This document shows, one piece after another, positions 8,819 to 21,600 of a stretch of DNA of 64,000 bases; positions within the stretch are counted from its first letter, which is position 1, and each line of letters begins with the position of its first letter. A model generated the notes under the pieces. The model had not been told where the DNA came from, made no database searches, and saw only the letters and a program-made list of their open reading frames with translations. Source of the stretch: Octopus sinensis (taxonomy: Eukaryota); NCBI RefSeq assembly GCF_006345805.1, contig NC_042997.1, positions 91,884,001 through 91,948,000 of the forward strand, read 5' to 3'. Both the position numbers and the translations under genes were made by a program.

Positions 8819-11233
8819 ATGAATGAAGATATAAATGTGGATACCGATCTTTGTAATCGCTTCCGATACCAAAATCGTCAACTAGACAACTTAACGGCAA
8901 ACGAGTACCTCGCATTCAAGAAAAATTACGAAGAAAATTTTAAAGAGCAACACCCAGTTGATGGTGCTGAAGATGGCTATAAACTTACAACTGATGGAGA
9001 AATATATGAACACAAAAAATACGCACAGAACGACGTGACTACTTCCAATGAGATATCATCGGAATATTTTGCTAAAGAAAATGGCAATGTGACCAACAAG
9101 ACAAAAAAGGAAATCTCATCACAAAAGCCACCAGAAAATGAAATATCACCTCTTCCCTACAATCGGAGACTATTTATATCGTGTTTGTCTTTATTGACTT
9201 TAATATCTTTATTATCTCGTCTTTACAAGATAGAAGAACCACCGCATGTTTGTTGGGACGAAACTCATTTCGGTAAAATGGCCAGCTGGTATATTCAGAG
9301 AACGTTTTTCTTTGATGTACACCCACCTTTAGGTAAGATGCTCATTGCTTTCTCTGGTTTGCTCACAGGTTACGATGGTAATTTCCCTTTTGCTAAACCA
9401 GGTGACGAGTATGAAGACACACAATATGTTGGCATGAGAATTTTCTGTGCTCTCCTCGGGACTGCTATAATCCCAATCAGTTTCTTAATTGTTTGGGAAC
9501 TTACGAAATCCATTATAGCATCATTTCTAGCAGGTCTTATAATTCTGGCTGACACTGGAATCCTCACGTTATCCCGGCACATTTTACTGGATCCCATACT
9601 CCTGTTTTTTATTATGATGTCTACATATAGTATTCTTAAATTCGTATCACTGCGACAGAAGTCTTTTACATTACAATGGTGGTTCTGGTTATCTACCACA
9701 GGGATATTCCTTGCATTTTCCATTGGGGTCAAATTCGTTGGATTATTTGTTATTTTACTTGCAGGCTACACAACTGCCAAAGATTTATGGGACATTCTTG
9801 GCGACACATCCATACCGCTCGTTTTATTCATCCGTCACTTCATCGCTCGATCACTGTGTTTAATCATTTTACCAATATTTATCTACATGCTTATATTTTG
9901 TGTACATTTTAAAATTCTTCATAAAAGTGGCAATGGAGATGGTTTCTACAGTTCTGCATTTCAATCTCAGCTTATTGGCAATAAACTTTACAATGTCAGC
10001 ATGCCAGAGAATGTAGCCTATGGAAGTATAATTTCTCTGAAACAAAAGAGAGCCGGTGGTGCTTACTTGCATTCCCATCACCACCTTTATCCAGAGGAAC
10101 ATCCTCCTCGACAGCAACAAGTTACTACCTACAGCCACAAAGATGAGAATAACTTGTGGAAAATTAAATATCCAGAAAGAGAAGCACCATTTTCAACATC
10201 ACCTCAGATTCTGAAAAATGGAGATCTGATTCGGCTGGAACATGTAATAACTCGTCGGAACCTACACAGTCACCAAGAAGTAGCTCCCATTACACAGAGA
10301 CATTATCAAGTGACAGGTTATGGTCAAGATGGTGTTGGCGATGGTAATGATATGTGGATTGTTGAGATTGTTGGAGTATCTGATAGGAATTCTGTACAGA
10401 CTGTACGCAGTAAAGTCCGTTTAATACATTACTATATGCGATGTGCTCTTCAGTCCCATGATAAGAGATTGCCGAAATGGGGCTGGGAACAGCTTGAAGT
10501 CACTTGCAACCCTAATATCAAAGATCCCAAAACTTTGTGGAGTGTAGAAGAAGTGTGGGATTCCCGGTTGCCTAATGTTAGTTTTGAGGTATACTCTCCT
10601 AATTTCCTAGAGAAATTTATTGAGAGCCATGTTGTTATGACTCAAGGCAACAGTGGCCTAAAACCAAGTGAAGGTGAACTGACGTCCAGACCCTGGCAGT
10701 GGCCCATTGACTACAAAGGGCAAACATTTTCTGGTAAAGATCATCGAATATATTTATTAGGTAATCCAGTGGTTTTCTGGGGAAATATTGCTGTCTTTGT
10801 GCTATTTCTCATCATTTATATTGTATATGTAATCCGGCACCAGCGAGATCCCACATATCAGGAGAAATTAATTAGTTTTAACCAGAGGACATTTAATTCC
10901 TGTTGGTGGTTGATTCTTGGCTGGGCCTTACATTATTTTCCATTCTGGGGTATGAGTCGTGTTCTATATTTCCATCATTATTTCCCAGCATTCCTATTCA
11001 ATGCCATGTTCACTGCTATCATACTTGACTATCTCATCACACATATTACTCTAAGTTTCCCTGAACATTTAGCAACAACTTTCTACCACTGGTCACTAGG
11101 ACTTGTAATTTCATGCCTTGGATTCAGCTTCTATTTATTTGCCCCACTTGCTTATGGTATGTCTGGTCCAGAGGCTGCTGATGAATCAAGTAAAATGCAT
11201 AAGTTAAAATGGCTGAATTCCTGGGAAATCTAA
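8819..11233 (+). CDS. POMT2: Protein O-mannosyltransferase 2 (PMT2 subfamily), single-exon CDS, 804 aa
   Basis: Uninterrupted ORF with the catalytic loop-1 motif CWDETHFGKM, FFDVHPPLGKM, multiple TM segments and MIR repeats (YLHSHHHLYP, RNLHSH, PKWGWEQLEVTC). The C-terminus has SRPWQWP, YLLGNP and RVLYFHHYFPA and ends WLNSWEI. These match recalled human POMT2 rather than POMT1. Confidence 0.97.
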   Translation: MNEDINVDTDLCNRFRYQNRQLDNLTANEYLAFKKNYEENFKEQHPVDGAEDGYKLTTDGEIYEHKKYAQNDVTTSNEISSEYFAKENGNVTNKTKKEISSQKPPENEISPLPYNRRLFISCLSLLTLISLLSRLYKIEEPPHVCWDETHFGKMASWYIQRTFFFDVHPPLGKMLIAFSGLLTGYDGNFPFAKPGDEYEDTQYVGMRIFCALLGTAIIPISFLIVWELTKSIIASFLAGLIILADTGILTLSRHILLDPILLFFIMMSTYSILKFVSLRQKSFTLQWWFWLSTTGIFLAFSIGVKFVGLFVILLAGYTTAKDLWDILGDTSIPLVLFIRHFIARSLCLIILPIFIYMLIFCVHFKILHKSGNGDGFYSSAFQSQLIGNKLYNVSMPENVAYGSIISLKQKRAGGAYLHSHHHLYPEEHPPRQQQVTTYSHKDENNLWKIKYPEREAPFSTSPQILKNGDLIRLEHVITRRNLHSHQEVAPITQRHYQVTGYGQDGVGDGNDMWIVEIVGVSDRNSVQTVRSKVRLIHYYMRCALQSHDKRLPKWGWEQLEVTCNPNIKDPKTLWSVEEVWDSRLPNVSFEVYSPNFLEKFIESHVVMTQGNSGLKPSEGELTSRPWQWPIDYKGQTFSGKDHRIYLLGNPVVFWGNIAVFVLFLIIYIVYVIRHQRDPTYQEKLISFNQRTFNSCWWLILGWALHYFPFWGMSRVLYFHHYFPAFLFNAMFTAIILDYLITHITLSFPEHLATTFYHWSLGLVISCLGFSFYLFAPLAYGMSGPEAADESSKMHKLKWLNSWEI

Positions 11234-11707
11234 TACATACAGAGATGTCTAGCTGTTATTCCCTTATGTAAACTACTGAGCTTTCTGAATACCTTAAGAC
11301 CATTATATTCAATTACTTCGTTAGTTTTGTAATTCCATTTCAATTACACACATGTGGCTGAACAAATTACTAATTATGCTGCATACACTACAATGTTAAG
11401 TTCCTTCAACATAAAATTGTCTTCATTACTGGATATATTTAACTTAGTACGCTCTTAGAAATTTACACTTATATGGCTTTAACAATTTTTCAACAAAATT
11501 TATAATTTTTAATTCTAATTTTGCAGTAATACTTTTTATTTTTAGCATACAAAATATTGTAATTTTTTTGATCATTTATTCTTTCATTTATTTTTTTAAC
11601 TTACTCAACCAATTTTTTAAATTACCTAAATGTACTTTCACAAATTGTTTTATTGTACACACACACATCCATCCATGTATACACACGCGCTATATATGCG
11701 TGTGTAC

Positions 11708-12110
11708 TTTCCATAGTCTTCTGTGTCACATTTAGTCACTGTTCTTCCTATGTCACAGCCCTTGTCTCACTTGTATATGCACAGTATTTTTGGACCACAT
11801 GTATTTTGTTCCCATGCTACTTATTTTGAGGTGTGATGGGCACTTTGTCACTATGGATTAGGGGTGATTAGTAGCTCACCACTGATGTTGATGCCACCTT
11901 TCTGACCACTTATTACCATGTCAAGATGTGAAAACCTTTCAAGAGATGGCATTTCCCTGTTTGGTCATTTTCCTGATTGGAACTCTTATGAGTGAGGATA
12001 GAAGAGCTGTATTAGTGGTTCATCCTGAATTCACTTCCCTGAGAAGTTTGATTTGTTGAGTGTTGATCCCTTACATCTCCAGAGACTTCAGCACATCATT
12101 CACTTTGATG
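11708..12110 (-). mobile_element. Highly degraded RTE fragment downstream of POMT2
   Basis: Minus-strand remnants LKSLEM*GI..IKLLREVNSG...KQGNAIS (cf. GVRQGDTISP) and YASET...TQKTME. Confidence 0.6.
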
Positions 12111-13011
12111 CATAGCATCAAAGTGAATGAAGTGCTATATATATATATGCTTTGGTACTATGCATCAGAGTGAATGAAATGCTATATATATATTTAAAAG
12201 AAAAGTTCTTCCTCATACATATGTGTGTGTGTGTGTGTATATGTATATACATATATATGTGAGTATATGTTATATATATATTTATTTGGATGAGAATTTA
12301 GCTGAGCAGTTCAGTAACTGAAAGTTATGATAGTGTTTCAATTTATATAGTATTTATTTTTTTTTTATTTGTTTGTATGTATATATGTATGCATGCATGT
12401 ATGTATGTGAAATAGTAGCAATCTGAGCTTACAACTATATTCACTGGTTGCTCACCTACTATACAGTACTTGCTATACATAGATACTGCATGTGAACATG
12501 TCATTATGAAATGTTTATACATAGACACTGCATACTAACATTGATCCCACAAAAATTACATCTAATATTCATTATCATTAATCATCATCATCATTTTTAT
12601 GTCCACTTTCCCATATAAGAAATGTTGGGAGGAACATTTTGAGACAGTGTGGGTTTCTTGGTTGGAAGCTTTTGCTGTGCCAACTCTTTAGTCACTTCTT
12701 ACATTACACTGAGACTCAATGTACTTATTTTACTATATTGCTACACATGGACATGTATGCATTCTTTAGTTTCCTGGGGTTTTCTTTTATAGTGATTGTT
12801 ACCCAGGTCATGCTGGAGCACCACCTTGAACATGTGTCTAGCATGCAAACAGAACCAACATGCAACATTTCTAAAAGAGTGTTATTTCTCACTAACTTAA
12901 AATAAATACATCCCCAAAGACTCAGTTTTACACAAATGAAATTAAGATCTGCAAATAATAAAACAGTGCTAAACCAAGCCAAGAGAGTAGGTGATATTTT
13001 CTTGATCTACA

Positions 13012-13215
13012 GTGGCAAGTTGACAGAATTGTTAGCATGCCAGGCAAAATGCTTAGCGGTATTTCATCTGTCTCTATGTTCTGAGTTCAAATTCTGCCGA
13101 GGCTGGTTTTGCCTTTCATCCTTTCAGGGTCAATAACATAAGTACCAGTTGAATATTGAGATCACTTAGCCCCTTCCCCAAAACTGATAGCCTTGTACCA
13201 AAATTTGAAATCGAT
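13012..13215 (+). mobile_element. SINE family B copy
   Basis: ggcaagttgacagaattgttagc...gagttcaaattctgccgagg...gcctttcatcctttc...agtaccag. Confidence 0.75.
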
Positions 13216-14038
13216 ATTTTCTTGACCTGCTAGATATAGCAACCAAATCTTCCTGAAATCAAACCCCCATCGTCTTAAACAAAGAAGAACACTTTGTGGA
13301 TATTGCTTGTCCTAGATGACCCCCAAAATACTATGTGATCATGGCTGGAATGCCTTTCATTAAAGTGGTCTGGATCAAAGCTGACCTTCGGCTAAACAAC
13401 TACAATGCTAAATAATATGCTTTTTAGGTATATACCTTAATAACCATAATGGCACACTCGGTAGGAACTAAAGAAATACAAACATGTACACACAGCTGTA
13501 AACATGTGCAGATTGAGACATGTTTGAACACATATTTATCTATATAAAATATCAATCCAAAAATTACATTACCTTGCAATCATATTCATATTTTATTTTA
13601 TTTACATTAAAATTTTCTTTTACTATCTTTTTTCTTTTTACCAGAGTCACAAGTACATTGTCATGTTTATTTTGAATTATTTTTATTAATTTAATTGTTT
13701 TGATATGCAAATTTTTTTGTTTTTATATGAAATTTGGTGGTTTATAGGAAAATTATTTAAGAACAGATATTTCATCATAAATTTGAAACAGACATTGTGT
13801 GTAATATCTACCCGTGGTGGATGCATGTGCTTAATAACAGGGAGATGGCACATACACACACACATATTTATAGTTGCACCACATATTGACCAGACTGTTG
13901 GATGTTCTTATACATTGCTGGTCACAATGCACTTAATTGCATTGTAGCTTTCAAATGAGGCTCAGCTAGCAGGCTAGCTCCCCCCGAACAGAATGTCAGT
14001 CCATTACAGGATTACCTATTTAGCAGCTGAGTGGATTA

Positions 14039-14074
<36 letters not shown>

Positions 14075-14077
<3 letters not shown>

Positions 14078-14250
14078 TCATCATCATCATCGTTTAATGT
14101 CTGCTTTCCATGCTAGCATGGGTTGAACGATTTGACTGAGGTCTGGAGAACCAGACTCCAATCTGATCTGGCAGAGTTTCTACAGCTGGATGCCCTTCCT
14201 AATGCCAACCACTCCGAGAGTGTAGTGGGTGCTTTTACATGCCACCGGCA
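14075..14250 (-). mobile_element. RTE-tail short element
   Basis: (CAT)n followed by ccatgctagcatgggttg...ctggatgcccttcctaatgccaaccac. Confidence 0.75.
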
Positions 14251-14324
14251 CACACACACACACATATATATATATATGTGTGTGTGTGTATGTGTACATA
14301 TATATATATACATATATATGAGTA

Positions 14325-14388
<64 letters not shown>

Positions 14389-15221
14389 GAGAGAGAGAGA
14401 GAGAAGAGAGCCTTCCATCTTATCTGTGCAATGAAATCATTTTAGTCTTCTGCAATATCAGCATGTAAAAATTGCTTAATATGGAAAGCAATTTTTAGGC
14501 ACCTTTATTAAGAATATCCTAATTCCACCCAGAGATCTTTACATGGAACTATGTGTGTGTGTGTTTTTTTTATGTCAAGTTATATATAAAAGCAATTTGG
14601 CATTAAACTGAAGGATTATCCAATACATTTTAGTAGAGTACATATTTATTAAGTTTTACCAAGAAAAGGTTGACAGTGACTTTGAAGCATACTCGCTTTC
14701 ATCTGACTTAGTGTCACTGTCAACATTTTCCTTGTGAAAAATATATATACACACATATAGTAAGGTGGGATAAGTGCTATAGATTAGACTACAAAACCTT
14801 GATAAGTCCATAACCTGATTTCGGAAATTCTTCAAATCATTTATATGTAATGAAAATCACAAGTGATATTACACTTCATTCAGAAAATCTTAAATTAATC
14901 TTTTAACTGTGTAATAAGACATTTTATGATGTTGACAAAAGCTTATTTAATTGTACTTTAACTACAATAATATTTTCTCCACCACTTCTATTATAAGTAT
15001 GCAGTATTAAAGGTATAAAGTTAAAATTATCATCATCATCATCATTGCCATCACCTTCATGATTAAACAATCATGAATCAATAATGTGCTTTTTCCCAAA
15101 TAATGTTACTAATCTGAAATTTCAAAATCATTTTCAAATTATTTGGTCAAAAGCAAACCAATATTTCATCCTATAATTGGTTTGCAAGATTCTTGATGTG
15201 GACTTGTGTGTTGAAACAGAA

Positions 15222-15643
15222 TTTGTTATATTTTGTGATGTTCATTACACCAATAATTAATACATGCATTGGTTCAATTTTACTTATTTTTATTTAATCA
15301 ACTTATTAGTTATTTAAGCAACTGACTAATCTATTGTTTAATTAGTCATTCAGTTAATTCATCAATCAGTTGTGTTCACCACAGTCATTTTGTTGCTATC
15401 CATGACCTCTTCAATGATATGTCCTCTCTGTCCCAGTTCTGTTTCAGGTCTGTTTGAGACATGTCTTTGAAGAGGTCACAAATGGTGACAAAAGAATTTT
15501 ACCAAATGCAACTGAGTGATTAATCAAACAACTAGTTAGTTAGTTGGTTAAATAGCTAACCAATTGATGAATAATAAAGAAGTAAAATTGAACCAGTGCA
15601 TGTATTTATTATTGGTATAATGACTCTCTAAATATAAAACAAA
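15222..15643. repeat. Old fold-back element, about 130-bp imperfect inverted repeats
   Basis: ...ccaataattaatacatgcattggttcaattttactt... vs ...aagtaaaattgaaccagtgcatgtatttattattgg... Confidence 0.7.
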
Positions 15644-18600
15644 CTAATAATTATGATATTTTCTTTGATTGGCACAAAATTGCAAATTGCAGTCAGCATA
15701 TAACTCAATTGAATTGGCCTCAATCAATTCTTTTAACAATTCTAGGGGAAGCAAAGGCAAAATCACCTCTGTAGGATTTGAACTTGGAATTTAAAAAATT
15801 AAGCTAAACATTGAAAGCCTGTTAATCGTGTGCTCTTTACATTTAAATATTAACTTTGCTTTTGTAACAGTAATGTTTCTTACTTAGACATAATGCCCAT
15901 TTTATTAGGGAGGATAATTGAAATAATCTGGGTACTTATTTTATCTATTCTACAAAGGTGAAAACCAAATTTCATCATTGTCATCATTTTTATATCTGCT
16001 TTTCTATGCTGGCATGGGTTGTATGGGAGTTTTTGATGCAGTGTTTAACACTTGAATACCCTTTTTGGCACCAGCCCTTTTAATTACTTCTTATGACATG
16101 CAAGAACACAGTGTACCTATTCTAAAAATCAAGAGGATACACACAGTTTAAACCTAAACCTAATAAATCTTACAAAATTCACCCTAACATTAAGAATGGT
16201 TTTTAAGTATTCACTCTATGGAACTAGCTTTAAATGGGTAGGTGAGTGTGTTTCTTGGAACAATAATTTCTATAGCTGAATATTCTGCCTACTACATAGC
16301 AGTGAATTAAGAATGAAACTTGTTCTTCCTTTGTACAATTAGACCAAGTAGAGCAAGTGCAGCTAGGGGCCTCATTCAAAGAGATACCACAGTGACAACA
16401 GAGAAAATATTTCTAATACCTTAGCAGATATGCTTAGGTATTAAATGTTAAAATTCTTGTCTATTTTGTTAGCAATTTACCAAAGGGTTTCCTGTTTTCT
16501 GCTGGTTTGTTTTATCTATTCTTTAATCGTTACAGATAATTGATTGACCTGCTAGTCTGCTGTCACATATTATCTCAATTGAGAATGTTCTTTTGTATAT
16601 GTCATTTCACCTTGACATTATTTTCAATTATTTTGTTAACACAAACTTTAGATTTTTTTTATTGATTTAAGCTATCTTCATTGGTGGCCACATTTGCAGA
16701 TAGAATAGCAGTATGGACTGGATACTTTAACAGTAATTTAGTGCAAATTCAAGTGCTTCTTAAAACCCTGCCAAGGTTGACATGAAGTTTGCTTTTCATC
16801 CTTTGAGAATCTATAAAATATGACTAGTAAATATAATAGAATCATTTACACCAGTAATAATCTTTATGTCAGGTATAGGCAACCTTTTTCAAGAAGTGAG
16901 TCGCATGAAACATGGCTTATAATCTGACAGGCTGCACTACTAAAAGAAATTCACAGTAATATTTCAGTAAGCATTCAGAAAGTCTTGCATGCTACAAGAT
17001 GTCCATGATGGTTTATGTCATCATTTTTCTTGCTAGAAATAGCAGCCAAATGTTCTTTAAACTACATATTATCATCTTAAAAAGGATGCCTTACATAATA
17101 TTGTTAAGGGTATGCAACACCTGACAATAAGACATGATTTTCACAACTGGAATTACTTTGTGTATGTGTGTGATCTGGGTCATTTGGGGCCAAACTCCAA
17201 CAACTGTGATCAATTGAATTAACTATACTCCCAAAATTGGCCTTGTCTCTAATTAAAGTAATGCTTTAAAAACCATTGAAAAATATAAACAAAAAACAAA
17301 GTTCCACTTTTATGTGTTGCCAAAAGAAGACAACAGCTATATAACAACTTCACTTCTGAGAACACCTCACTGAAATAAAGGAAGGATTGTTGGCAAAATG
17401 GGTCTGGCATAAACAGCAGAACATTAGACTTTATATCTAATTTTAGATATCATTTTGCATTCAAATGCTGCAATTTAGTCTATTTTGCTGGCTTTCATCC
17501 CTCTGAGAATCACTATAATTGGTTCCAGTGATAAACTAAAGCTAGCCCAATCAACTATATTTACTTCTATTATGAAAACTACTTTGTACTCTGACCAAAG
17601 AATTAATTTTTTGTATTTATATAGTTAAAAAAAATATATAAGTCATAGAGAAAACTGTTATCTCACTTAATTCTTTATGATTTGAATTCATATCTCATTG
17701 ATATCTTTCATTTTTACTCATTAAGAAAGCAGCAATGACAGAATCGTTAGTACATCAGGCAAAATGCTTAGCAGCATTTTGTTTATCTTTACATTCTGAG
17801 TTCAAATTCCACCGAGGTCAAATTTGGGGGTTGACAAAATATGTACCAGTTGAGTCCTAGGCTTGATGTTATTGACTTAGCCCTTCCTCTGAAATTGCTG
17901 GCTTTGTGCCAAAATTTGAAACCATTATTACCCATTTAAAATTGATGAATTAAATTATCAGTAATGCTGTGAGGTCATTTTAATGAACTCTGTTAAACTC
18001 ACTAAAATAATGGCTTAGTGATTTATGAAAAAAACTTTATTATTGTGGTATTTATTCCTGTTTTTTTTTTTTCATTCTAAGTTCAAATTCCATGGAAATC
18101 AATTTTGCCTTTCATCCTTTCAGTGTTGAAAACATAAACTACCAGTCAAATCCTGGGGTTGGTAGCATTAACCAATCCCCTCCCGCTAAAAGTGTTGATC
18201 TTGTTGTCAAGATTGGCTTTGCCTTTCATTCTTTTGGGATCAATAAAATAAATACTGTTTGAACACGCAATCAACTTATCTCCTCTCCTGAACTTGCTGG
18301 CCTTGTGTCAAAATTTAAAATCATTATTAAGGCTGTGAACTGGCAGAATGGTTAGCATACTGAACAAAACACTTAGCAGCACTTTGTTCATCTTTACATT
18401 TTTAGTTCAAATTTTGTCAATTACTGGGGCCAATGTAATTGATTTCCCCTTCCCTTCAAAAGCTATTGGTCCAGTGCCAAAACTTGGAACCCTTTATCAT
18501 CATCATTGTTTAACATCCACTTTCCATGTTGGCATGGGTTGGACAGTTTGATAGGAGCTGTCCAGACTCCAGTTGTCTGTTTTTGGCATAGTTTCTATGG

Positions 18601-21600
18601 CTGGATGCCTTCTTAATGCCAACCACTTTACAGAGTATGCTGGGTGCTTTTTACATACCATCAGCACAGATGTGGTTGGATAGCACCAACACCAGTGCAT
18701 TTTACATGGCATGACACTTACCAGACAAATACCTCTCAGCTGGGAGAGGGAATGGTGGCATGGCTATAGAGGACATGCCTGTATGTATGGATGGCTGTGA
18801 TTTTATTCAGCTTGACATGTTTTCTCATGTACAGTTAATGGCCACAAGTCCCAGTCCCTATCATCTCCTCAGTAAGGCCCAGCATTTATTTTTATTATTG
18901 TCGTTATTACTAGAGAAGGCACTAAACACCCTAACTAGTGGTTAAGGTGTTCAACTTATAAGATTTGGGACTTCAATTCTTTGACTGAATGGCATATTAA
19001 TATCTTTAAGCAAGACATTTCATTTCACATTGCTCCTATCTATTCCTTTGTAATAAGTACCAGATGGGTGTTGGTGGAGCCCCGCCTTCCTCCAGCTGTC
19101 ATATCCTGGATCTTTTATTGAGTTATGGGTCAGGGAATAGGGAGGGTATCTATGTCTGCTCGCAACTGCATAGACATCTATAACAGTTAGCGAAAGCATG
19201 GTATGTATTACTAAGTCATGTTTATTAACTCACAAGTGACAGCTGGCTGTATGTTTACTACTGCTACATCTACTATTGATTTTTCTTGTTGTTTAGTAGC
19301 CAACTCTCCAGCAGATATCTGATCAAGACATTCCAGCTTTGACAATCCTGTCTCGCCCACCACTTAGATGGTACACCTAGAATTAAATTACCCAAAGTAT
19401 ATGGCAGTATTTGATTTGAAGGAGATTTGCCTCTTATATACAAATAACCATGTAGAAGGGGGTCCTTCTTTAAGTCATTGTACAAGAGAGTAGCGATTTA
19501 GCAGACACAGTGGAATAGAAAGCTGTGTATTTTACTTTCTGTTTTTTCTTCTATTTGTGGAGTTTATTAAACTAGCACTTGTGATATACTAAGGCAAATT
19601 CAACTGTCTGTACTACATACACACGCACACAAATCAGAAATTCTCATTTAGAATTTGTCATCAGAAAAATATTATGTGTATCTTACATGTTTTAATCAAC
19701 ATTTTTTTCTAGCATAATGGTAATGTTATGATGATGATGATAAGGAGTTCAGTGATGATGAATGGGTTTGCTTCATTTTAATTATTTTATTTTGTAAAAC
19801 TTTATGTAGAAAATAACTTGATATCATCTATTCCTCCTTTGATTATATATTTGTGAATATTATTGTATACACACCATTAAACAGTATTATAACTTAAGAT
19901 TGGCATATTATACGCAATCATTGCTATGGGCTGGTGCAATTGGATCCTGAAATTCTCAAGTATTGGTGTTAACTAATATTATAGTTAAAATATGACTCTT
20001 GGTTTTTTTTTGGCTAAGTTTAAAGCATTAAATTTCCAAGTCTTGAAATAGTTTCCATTTTTACACAAAATTGCATGAGAAGTAATTGAAATTATTTTGG
20101 TCACACTAGTATTTTAATTATAGTTACATTAGATGGAATGCTACTTTAACTATGACCTGCCAAAAGTATTAACTACAGCTTTATTTCTTTCATAGCTATG
20201 CACATACTACATTATCATAAACATTCTCATACTTTTACACCTTTTTTTCATATCTTATTAAAAGTATATTCAACAATAAAATGCATTATATTTGATATAT
20301 TATTAATACCATTAAAACATTTTTTCATCTAATAACTTTTACTAAATGTATGTTTACAATTGTATTATTAATAAAATTCTGACAGTATTCATTCTTTTTT
20401 TAAAATTGGGAAGTATTTCTGCTGATGTGTGGTAGAGATAAAAGAAAAAAAAAAGAAATTTTCAAAATATTTTATATCTGACTTTTAAAATGTTTTATAT
20501 GAAACTGTGATAAATATTTTCTCAATTAGAATGACTCACACTAATCAACACAGCTTGATATCATAAATTGGTCTTTAATAACAAAGTTCTTTTGTTTTAT
20601 CTAGAAGAATAATTTTATTTGTTATGTTTATCATCTGATAATGACCAATCAAACAAAATTTTCCAGTTTCAATTTGTTTAGAAGATAAAATAACTGCTTC
20701 TGTGAAAATCTCCAAATGTTAACTATTTTATTTTTCTCTCACACACATGCCTTTTTCCAGTAGGGAAGTCAACTGTTTAACTAAAAGAATTTAACTTCAC
20801 AATTTCATCAAGTTATCCTAGTGATTTCTTGATGTCTTGTTTCACAGCAGTGAAGTAAATGACTGAAGGATCATTTTTTATATATACATATAAATCCTCT
20901 CAAGTTAAAAATATTATGAATGCTCTAAATTAATTATAATCATTAAATGCTATATCATTGTTTCTGTATATATCTACAGAATAAAGACATGTATCAGTGT
21001 TTTATTCTTTTTTTCTTCTTTTTTATGTGTTTCTGTTATTAATTTTTTTTTTGTTTTTGTTTTTTTTTTATTGGCCAGAGAGCAATTGATGATACTGGCC
21101 AATTGTGGGTTGGACAAAATTGTTGTGATTAGCCTTGGTCCTTGGTAATCTTTCAAAATTATTGACCTTCCAAATATGCACATTGCCCAACTCCCCAATC
21201 AATGATGAAAATATGAAAGGAATAAGATAAATCCAACAGTGAGAGAGAGAGAGAATATTTTTTCACTCCTCACAGCAAATCAACTTTTCTGCAAACACAT
21301 TCTGGATTATTTTTTGACAGACCAGCATAGATCAGTTTTTTCATATTTTAATGTAGGAGTTATACAAGAACAAATATATATCTATACTCTAATAAAACTT
21401 TTTAAAAAAAGCTGCTTATTAATTAGTATGTGTATGTAACTTATTAAAGTCTATTCTGTGCAGAAAATTCTTATAAATTCCTATTTTAATATGCTTTTAT
21501 CAAAATGTGGTTTTGAAAATTTCTTATCATTGAATATTTCAATTTCATCATTCAGTTACAAACCTAGTTTTTATTCACTGCAGCATAGTTATCTTACAAT

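Noticed and set aside
9370-10138. ORFs overlapping POMT2 (antisense or alternative frame)
   Set aside because: Shadow ORFs with no recognisable motifs.
20974-21210. Possible minus-strand exon or retro-fragment ending in an A-rich tract
   Set aside because: No recognisable homology in any frame and no convincing splice sites.
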